Shown here piece after piece: positions 6,747-13,279 of a stretch of DNA of 13,279 nucleotides. The notes beneath the pieces are model-generated. The model ran no database searches and was not told the origin of the DNA. It saw only the letters and a list, made by a program, of their open reading frames with translations. Both the position numbers and the translations under genes were made by a program. The DNA comes from Candidatus Bathyarchaeia archaeon (GTDB lineage Archaea > Thermoproteota > Bathyarchaeia > Bathyarchaeales > Bathycorpusculaceae), in NCBI GenBank assembly GCA_049515895.1, contig JBEKTQ010000049.1, positions 1-13,279 on the forward strand, in the 5' to 3' direction. Within the stretch, counting starts at the first letter, position 1. Each line of letters starts with the position of its first letter.

Positions 6747-9125
6747 TTATCTTCTGGGGCTGCTTTGAGTTTTCTTCATAGGAAAAGTTACTTTGTGTTG
6801 ACTCATTGCAGACTTGATTGCAATGAATGTTGTCGACGCTGCTGTCATAACCATGACGATCGATGCTATGTATAATATTAGCGGTGTTTGGGTTTCAGAA
6901 GCTACGTCGCTTCGTGATCTGGTGACGAAATTGGCTGTTTCGGTTATGGCTGCATTCATTGTGATCGTGTTGGTTGCTCTGGTTCCGGTGTATGAGCCTG
7001 AGCCTTGTCCGCTCCAGCTTGTGAATGTGTATCCTGATTTTGGTGTTTCTGAGATGCTGACTGATGCACCTTGGTTGTACCATCCGCCTGATGGTGAGAC
7101 TGTTCCTGTTCCTGTCGGTGAGACTTTCATTGTTAGGTAGTATTGTTTCTGGCAGGTTATGGATTGACTTGTCGTGGTTGGAACGTTCATTGTGCCAGTG
7201 CTTGGATTTTCTACGTATTGTACGCCTTGGCTTGTGGATATTGGTGATGTAACGGTCCATTTGAAGCTGCCTGCGGCGATTCCTGTGAAAGTTATGGAGC
7301 TTGTGGTTGAAGACTTTATTTGGCTGTTGAAAGTTACAGTCCATGATGTTCCCGATGGTAGACCACTTTCAGTGAAAGTAATTGTGTATTTGGTTACTTT
7401 TGCGAAGTTGGCTGTTATAGTGCCTGGTGCATGTATTGTTGCTGTTGTTGAAGCGGAACTTGAGCTTCCAAATGTGATAGAGCTCGTGCTGCTTGACCAA
7501 CTGCTAAAGCTGTAGCCAGTGTTGGCCGTTGCCGAGATTGCAAGTGAACCCGCATTTGTCCACACGTTTGTTCCCGCGGGACTTGTAGTACCCGCGCCAG
7601 ATGGAGATACCACGAAAGACACCTGATATTGGGTAGAGTACGTTATAGTTTGCGATGTTGTCGTTGGAACGCTCATGGTTCCCGAGGCTGATGAGGCTGC
7701 ATATCGAATTCCTGTTCCGCCCGATATTGGGGTTGATACACTCCATGCATAGCTTCCGGATGATACTCCTGTGAAGGTTATTGTAGCTGAAGTGTACGAT
7801 TTTGAATTCCCGTTGAAGGTCGCCGTCCAGGGAGTGCCCGATGGCAACCCGTTTTCAGTGAAGGTGACGGAGTATGTTCCAGGTGTTGATGCGCTGTATG
7901 TGATGCTTACTGGTGCTGTTGTTGGAACATTAACTGACCCTGAGGGTGATGAAGCTACGTATTGGATGCCTGTGCCGCCGGAAATTGGAGTTAGAACGCT
8001 CCATGAAATGCTGCCCGACGGTTCTTGGACTGTGATCATGTTTCCTGTGGTGGAAGTTGTTGTGCCGCCTACCGTTACGCTCCATGTTGTTCCAGATGGA
8101 AGACCGCTCTCGACAAACGTCAACGTGTATGCGATGTTAACTGCGATTGTGTGGGCGCCATCTGTGTCGCCTGAGTAGTCAACTGAATAGTATTCTATCG
8201 TGTTTGCACCTTGAGTGCTTACTGTGAATGAAGTGCTTGCTGTGTAAGTTAGTTGATTTGCAACAGTGTAAGTGTTCCATGTGGCGCCGCCGTTTAAGCT
8301 GTAGTATATGTAGTGGATTCCTGATGTTTGCTCGTTTGCAGTTAACGTTACGGTAGCTGAGCCTACATACCAATTGGTTGTGCCTGAAAGCAGCGTTCCT
8401 GAGGTGCTCGCGGTGGTAGTTGGGTTGGATAAGTTAATTAGGACTATGGCGGTTTGTGCGGTTCCGGTCTTTCCGTTGTTATCGGCTGCCCAGTATGATA
8501 CGCTGTATAATCCGCCTGTTGAAATGGTAAATGATCCGGAGGAGCTTGTCATAGTCTGTGTTGGTCCACCGTTGATGGTGTAGTAGATTGCTTTGATTCC
8601 TGTGCCACTGTTATCTGTAGCTGCCAAAGTTATAGTTACGGCCGAATTGTACCAGCCGTTTTGACCTGGAGTCCCTGACAAGCTGATGCTAGTCGCTGGA
8701 GGAGCTGCAGAAACAACTGAGATGGAGCCACTTGTGCCAGCAATTGAGCTTGTTACAGTGTCGGTTGCAGTAATTGTTTGTGAGCCACCCGTTGTTAGGG
8801 TAACTGTGAAAGTTCCTGTGGCTGCTGAAAGTGAAGAGTCGCTGGGCAGAGTTCCCGCAGAGGTCGAGGTGAAATGCACCTTGCCTGCGTAGCCAGTAGC
8901 CAAGTTACCATACGCGTCGTAAGCAGTCACTGTAACCGAGAAAGATGTTCCAGCGGTTGCAGTGCTCGGAGCAGAAACCACAAAGTGCGTAGTAGCACCA
9001 GGAGTAACCGTCAAAGTAGTCGAAGCAGACTTGCCACTGTAGCTTGCACCAATCGTGTAAGAACCAACCGCCGTCTCAGTCACAGAGGCTCCAGAGATCG
9101 CAACACTGTTGACGCTGAAAGTAGT
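6747..9125 (-). CDS. C-terminal part of a giant membrane-anchored surface protein/adhesin
   Basis: The frame is protein-like up to the junction at about 9125 (TTFSVNSVAISGASVTETAVG...). It contains one invasin/Big-like module (AYDAYGNLATGYAGKVHFTST), two OmpL47-like modules (NGWYNSAVTITLAATD...IYYTING), three thermopsin-type modules (YTxTFxESGLPSGTxWxVTF), two divergent InlB-B-like modules (GYxFxSWS...ANF), then a transmembrane helix (LILYIASIVMVMTAASTTFIAI) and a basic tail. Domain names come from motif recognition, not searches. Confidence 0.85.
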   Translation of the reverse strand, partial: TTFSVNSVAISGASVTETAVGSYTIGASYSGKSASTTLTVTPGATTHFVVSAPSTATAGTSFSVTVTAYDAYGNLATGYAGKVHFTSTSAGTLPSDSSLSAATGTFTVTLTTGGSQTITATDTVTSSIAGTSGSISVVSAAPPATSISLSGTPGQNGWYNSAVTITLAATDNSGTGIKAIYYTINGGPTQTMTSSSGSFTISTGGLYSVSYWAADNNGKTGTAQTAIVLINLSNPTTTASTSGTLLSGTTNWYVGSATVTLTANEQTSGIHYIYYSLNGGATWNTYTVANQLTYTASTSFTVSTQGANTIEYYSVDYSGDTDGAHTIAVNIAYTLTFVESGLPSGTTWSVTVGGTTTSTTGNMITVQEPSGSISWSVLTPISGGTGIQYVASSPSGSVNVPTTAPVSITYSASTPGTYSVTFTENGLPSGTPWTATFNGNSKSYTSATITFTGVSSGSYAWSVSTPISGGTGIRYAASSASGTMSVPTTTSQTITYSTQYQVSFVVSPSGAGTTSPAGTNVWTNAGSLAISATANTGYSFSSWSSSTSSITFGSSSSASTTATIHAPGTITANFAKVTKYTITFTESGLPSGTSWTVTFNSQIKSSTTSSITFTGIAAGSFKWTVTSPISTSQGVQYVENPSTGTMNVPTTTSQSITCQKQYYLTMKVSPTGTGTVSPSGGWYNQGASVSISETPKSGYTFTSWSGQGSGSYTGTRATNTITMNAAITETANFVTRSRSDVASETQTPLILYIASIVMVMTAASTTFIAIKSAMSQHKVTFPMKKTQSSPRR

Positions 9126-9337
9126 TCGAACGCTGCAGCAGTGAAAGCCTGAGGAACACCAGCAACCACACTCGGTGAAACTGGACTGATCTTTATGCTT
9201 CCTAAAGCAGCAACCGTAACCGTCAAAGTAGTCGAAGCAGACTTGCCACTGTAGCTTGCACCAATCGTGTAAGAACCAACCGCCGTCTCAGTCACAGAGG
9301 CTCCAGAGATCGCAACACTGTTGACGCTGAAAGTAGT
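9004..9337. repeat. 122-bp exact direct repeat (9004-9125 = 9216-9337)
   Basis: Base-by-base comparison, offset 212 (not a multiple of 3, hence the frameshift). Confidence 0.9.
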
Positions 9338-12300
9338 ACCACCAGCAACGATACTTGCACCAGTTGGACTAATCGTTATGTGATCCAATGGAGCAGCAGT
9401 AACCGTCAAAGTTGTAGAGACATCAGACACTCCAGCGAATGATGCAGTAACCGTGTATGAGTCAACCTTAGTCTCAGAGACAGTGCTACCGACAATCGGA
9501 ACCGCATTGACACTGTATGAAGCAGTAACAGGGCCTAAATCATTGTTGTACTGGTCAAAGCTCTCAGCAGAGTAGACCTGGCTACCACCAGCAACGATAC
9601 TTGCACCAGTTGGACTAATCGTTATGTGATCCAATGGAGCAGCAGTAACCGTCAAAGAAGCACTCAATGAAACAGATCCAGCATTAGTACTCATGAAGTA
9701 GAAACTGGAGCTACTACTCGAACCAGAACTAATCGTGACCTGATTACTCGAAATTGGAGTGGTACCACCAGAATCTGAATACCAATTGCCACTAGGAGAC
9801 AAAGTAACCGTAATAGCCGACGCCGCATTGACAGCGTTACCATACTGATCTTGCAACTGAACCACAATCCCCCCAGAAGTCACACCAGCACCCACAGAAG
9901 AAGGCACACCGACAAACGCCAGCTGAGAAGGCGAGGCCGGATTCACCGTCAAAGAAGCATATGCAGCCGTGTAGCCGTCGCTAGAAGCACTCAACGAGAC
10001 AGACCCAGCAGTATTACTCATGAAATAGATTATGGAGCTAAAGCTTGAACCCGAAATTGAAACAGTCGAAATCTGAGTTACACCTGGAGAATCAGAATAC
10101 CAGTCAACACTTGGAGACAAAGTAACCGTAACGCCGTCTGGACCAGCACTAACAAGGTTGCCATACTGATCCTCCAACATAACCACAATCGGCTGTGAAG
10201 TCGCGCCAGCACCTAAAGAAGGAGGTGCACCCAGAAAGACCAACTTAGAAGCCACAGCAGGATTAACAGCGACCGTCTCAGTATTAGACGTAACCGCGTT
10301 ATTTGCAGCGTCAGTCACCGTAACGGAAATAGTGAATGAACCCGCAGTATAATCTGCCTCTGTAGCCGTGTAAGAATAAGTCGCGCTAGTACCGACCGGA
10401 GCGCCGTTATAGTACCATTGATACGTGTAACCGCCTGCACCGCCAGAAACAGACGCAGAGTACGTAACAGACTGACCAACATCCACCGTCAACGAAGAAG
10501 GCACACTCACAGTCAAAACAGAATTCACCGTAACCGAGGCAGCTGAAGAAGGAGCTGAAGTCGCACCTAAACTGTCAGTGACAGTTACAGTAATCGAGTA
10601 AGAACCAGATGAAGCAGGAGAATAAGCAAACGATGAACTGGCACTATTTTGAACCATTGAAGAACCAACGTACCATTGATATGAAGAGTAAGAATTTGAA
10701 CCACCACTAGGATTGGCCGAGAACGTCTTAGACTGACCCGCATCCATAGTCCACGAAGAAGGCGACACATTCACAGTCGGAGCAGAATTCACCGTAACAG
10801 AAGCGGCTGTAGACTGAGGGGAAGTCACGCCATTACCGTCAGTAACCGTCACAGTAATGGAATGGGAACCCGAGGAAACAGGCGAATAACTGAACGTTGA
10901 CGCAGTTTGACCGCTTTGAGCAGACCCATCAACGTACCACTGATAACTTGTGTATGTACCTGAACCGCCAGAAGCAGTAGCAGAGAATGTCTTTGACTGA
11001 CCCATATCCATAGTCCACGAAGAAGGCGACACAATAACAGTGGGGGCAGGCGCTTGTTGCACCGCATCCACTATCATGGCCCAACCACTTTGGCTTGACC
11101 CGAAGCTGACCGTAGCGCCAGACAGTGCAGAACTTATTACCTCGTCTTGGGCTGCTGCACTCCCATCGGTTCCCGCCACTTGACCCTCGATTAAAGTGAA
11201 ACCAGTTCCAGCGGTTGCGGCTGTTGTCGACCTATCGCCTTCAAGTCCGATTATCAGCTCATGGCCATTCGAGGTCGATATGCTTCCTATTGAAGGGGTA
11301 CCGCTGCTACTACTTGCGCTGTACGGCAGACCACTATGTGTAGAGAACGGATCGAACGGATTAACGGTGTTTGCCCCGGTTATGCTGAAGACGAGGACGG
11401 AAGCTGCATTTGTAGACGAGAGAGTGCTGCTAAATGTAACGGTGATCGAAGTCACTGCAGATCCGGTGACGACAGCATAGCTTTCCGAAATGTAACCAAT
11501 ACCTGATACACCACTAACCGAAGCCCTTGACAAGTGCCAGGTCTGAGAAGAAGTACTTGAAATAGCGGTCACAGTTATGGGGCTACTACCACCATGGGTC
11601 CTAGCAAGCACAATTATAACATCGCCAACTTTGCAATTGAGTGAAGTCATAGTTATTGAAGATCCACTCGTGGCAGAACTGGTACCGGTACCGCTGCTGT
11701 CCAATCCGAAGGAAGTAACTGTCAAAGAGGCAGCAGAAGACTGAGCCGAAGTCGCACCTAAACTGTCAGTAACAGTCACAGTAATCGAGTAAGAACCCAA
11801 TGACGCAGGAGAGTAGCTAAACGTTGACGAAGTCGCACCGCTCTGAGATACCCCACCAACATACCACTGATAACCCGTGTAACTACCTGAACCGGCAGAA
11901 GCAGTAGCAGTAAACGTCTTAGACTGACCAACACCCATGCTCCACGAAGTAGGCGACACACTAACAGAAGGAGCAGAATTCACCGTAACAGAAGCAGCAG
12001 CAGACAGAGGAGAAGTCACACCTAAACTGTCAGTAACTGTCACAGTAATAGGATGAGAACCCGTGGAAGCAGGAGAATAACTAAACGTTGACGAAGTCGC
12101 ACCGCTCTGAGATACCCCACCAACATACCACTGATAACCCGTGTAACTACCTGAACCGGCAGAAGCAGTAGCAGTAAACGTCTTAGACTGACCCATATCC
12201 ATAGTCCACGAAGAAGGAGACACAGTAACAGTCGGACCAGAATTCACTACAACAGAAACCGCTGCAGACGTAACCACAGCAGGCGTACCAGCGCTGTCAG

Positions 12301-13279
12301 TCACCCGAAGCTCAAAACTCCAAGTTCCAGTTGCAGTAGAACTAGAAGTAGCAAAAGAATAGCTGGATGAAGTCGCACCGCTAATCGACGAGTAAGAACC
12401 AGCGCCAGGAGCCTCACTGAGCCACTGATACGTGTACGGACTTGTACCAGTCGAAACAGCAGTAGAACTCAAAGCGGAAGTCTGACCCTGCTCAACCGTG
12501 CCTAAAGAAGTAGAAGCTGTCGGAGCAACCAAAGCAGAGTGCACCGTAACCGAAGCAGCAGTGGATTGAGGCGAAGTCGCACCTAAACTGTCAGTAACCG
12601 TCACAGTAATAGAGTGAGAACCCGTGGAAGCAGGAGAATAACTAAACGTAGAAGCCGTCTGGCCACCCTGAAGCGCAGAATCCACATACCACGCATAAGA
12701 CGAGTAAGTGCCTGAACCGCCACTTGGAGCAGCAGTAAACGTCTTAGACTGACTCATATCAATAGTCCACGAAGTAGGCGACACAGTAATAGACGGAGCA
12801 ACATTCACAGTAACCGACGCACCAGAAGACGTAACTACAACATGGGTACTGGCGCTGTCAGTCACTTGAAGCTCAAAACTCCAAACACCCGTAGTCGTGG
12901 AACCTGATGTTACAAAAGAATAGGTAGACGAAGTCGCACCACTGATCGACGAGTAAGAGCCAGCACCAATCTTAGAAAGCCACTGATACGTGTACGGACC
13001 AGTACCCGTTGTCACACCAGTAGAACTCAAAGTTGAAGTCTGACCCTGATCAACAGTACCAAGCAAAGCAGAAACAGTCGGAGCAACCAAAGCAGAATTC
13101 ACCGTAACAGAAACGGCGTTAGAAGCAGGAGAAGCAACCGGGATGGAAGCGCTATCGGTAACCTGGCAAGTAACCGAATGCGAAGACCCCGCAGCAGTAT
13201 AAGAATAAGTCGAACTGGTAGCACCCGAAACCGCAGAGCCATCCAGGAACCACTGATAATGAATCGTCCCAGAACCACC
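9080..13279 (-). CDS. Central part of the same giant surface protein (5'-partial; PKD/Ig-like repeats + unknown domain)
   Basis: The frame stays open past the track's GTG at 13102 to the window edge (GGSGTIHYQWFLDGSAVSGATSSTYSY...). It holds about 9 PKD/Ig-like modules, a ~210-aa unique domain (~11710-11055), two invasin-like modules and three Big-like modules. The last ~15 residues (ELLSASTVLRSLEPL) are out-of-frame read-through after the 9125/9126 junction. Confidence 0.85.
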   Translation of the reverse strand, partial: GGSGTIHYQWFLDGSAVSGATSSTYSYTAAGSSHSVTCQVTDSASIPVASPASNAVSVTVNSALVAPTVSALLGTVDQGQTSTLSSTGVTTGTGPYTYQWLSKIGAGSYSSISGATSSTYSFVTSGSTTTGVWSFELQVTDSASTHVVVTSSGASVTVNVAPSITVSPTSWTIDMSQSKTFTAAPSGGSGTYSSYAWYVDSALQGGQTASTFSYSPASTGSHSITVTVTDSLGATSPQSTAASVTVHSALVAPTASTSLGTVEQGQTSALSSTAVSTGTSPYTYQWLSEAPGAGSYSSISGATSSSYSFATSSSTATGTWSFELRVTDSAGTPAVVTSAAVSVVVNSGPTVTVSPSSWTMDMGQSKTFTATASAGSGSYTGYQWYVGGVSQSGATSSTFSYSPASTGSHPITVTVTDSLGVTSPLSAAASVTVNSAPSVSVSPTSWSMGVGQSKTFTATASAGSGSYTGYQWYVGGVSQSGATSSTFSYSPASLGSYSITVTVTDSLGATSAQSSAASLTVTSFGLDSSGTGTSSATSGSSITMTSLNCKVGDVIIVLARTHGGSSPITVTAISSTSSQTWHLSRASVSGVSGIGYISESYAVVTGSAVTSITVTFSSTLSSTNAASVLVFSITGANTVNPFDPFSTHSGLPYSASSSSGTPSIGSISTSNGHELIIGLEGDRSTTAATAGTGFTLIEGQVAGTDGSAAAQDEVISSALSGATVSFGSSQSGWAMIVDAVQQAPAPTVIVSPSSWTMDMGQSKTFSATASGGSGTYTSYQWYVDGSAQSGQTASTFSYSPVSSGSHSITVTVTDGNGVTSPQSTAASVTVNSAPTVNVSPSSWTMDAGQSKTFSANPSGGSNSYSSYQWYVGSSMVQNSASSSFAYSPASSGSYSITVTVTDSLGATSAPSSAASVTVNSVLTVSVPSSLTVDVGQSVTYSASVSGGAGGYTYQWYYNGAPVGTSATYSYTATEADYTAGSFTISVTVTDAANNAVTSNTETVAVNPAVASKLVFLGAPPSLGAGATSQPIVVMLEDQYGNLVSAGPDGVTVTLSPSVDWYSDSPGVTQISTVSISGSSFSSIIYFMSNTAGSVSLSASSDGYTAAYASLTVNPASPSQLAFVGVPSSVGAGVTSGGIVVQLQDQYGNAVNAASAITVTLSPSGNWYSDSGGTTPISSNQVTISSGSSSSSSFYFMSTNAGSVSLSASLTVTAAPLDHITISPTGASIVAGGSQVYSAESFDQYNNDLGPVTASYSVNAVPIVGSTVSETKVDSYTVTASFAGVSDVSTTLTVTAAPLDHITISPTGASIVAGGTTFSVNSVAISGASVTETAVGSYTIGASYSGKSASTTLTVTVAALGSIKISPVSPSVVAGVPQAFTAAAFELLSASTVLRSLEPL
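9337..9657. repeat. 75-bp exact direct repeat (9337-9411 = 9583-9657)
   Basis: Both copies encode LTVTAAPLDHITISPTGASIVAGG. Confidence 0.85.
10520..13279 (-). repeat. Intragenic PKD/Ig-like module array (~264-bp / 88-aa unit), interrupted by the unique domain
   Basis: Recurrent SPxSWxMDxGQSKTF...YQWYV...STFSYSPAS...ITVTVTDSLG. A 113-bp exact match links 11817-11929 and 12081-12193 (offset 264). Confidence 0.9.

Noticed and set aside
9080-9130. Programmed frameshift, or two separate genes with a 4-nt overlap
   Set aside because: No slippery or homopolymer tract. Part of a module is missing at the junction, the GTG at 9083 is mid-module with no signal peptide, and the junction ends a 122-bp exact repeat.
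6672-11961. Plus-strand and alternative-frame minus-strand ORFs over the giant anchored gene
   Set aside because: Shadows of a repetitive, compositionally biased coding sequence.
1-13279. CRISPR array, IS element, tRNA or rRNA
   Set aside because: The long repeats are protein modules or gene duplicates. No repeat-spacer periodicity, transposase or RNA-gene signature was seen.
1-13279. Window is circular, so both giant ORFs are one gene
   Set aside because: Both ends fall in the same repeat family and strand, but the terminal sequences differ (GGTGALHYQWYLAG vs GGSGTIHYQWFLDG) with no exact overlap. It cannot be supported without the assembly graph.

Overview
Archaeal cell-surface and adhesion locus, almost entirely on the minus strand. 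A Bathyarchaeia-like origin is inferred from the pilin leaders, GGAGGTG RBS, TATA boxes and U-tract terminators; it is not proven. In transcription order (right to left): (1) the 3' part of a giant Ser/Thr/Gly/Val-rich Ig/PKD-repeat surface protein with a C-terminal membrane anchor (6747 to >13279, broken by one frameshift junction at about 9125); (2) a small two-helix membrane protein on the + strand; (3) a GC-rich hairpin island that may be a small RNA; (4) two near-identical type IV pilin paralogues, each with an identical 39-bp promoter/palindrome block and a similar terminator; (5) a pilin-like gene with an intact class III signal peptide; (6) overlapping it, a giant ORF missing from the ORF track (3577 to <1, at least 1192 codons). 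This last ORF fuses a class III signal peptide and a complete pilin-like domain to an uncharacterised ~210-aa domain and a long Ig-like stalk. The two giant proteins share near-identical stalk modules and a diverged copy of the same unknown domain, but use different display routes (pilus vs membrane anchor). Several apparent deletions (both pilin N-termini, the frameshift and one in-frame loss) sit exactly at the end of 122-bp exact repeats, which points to assembly artefacts rather than biology.
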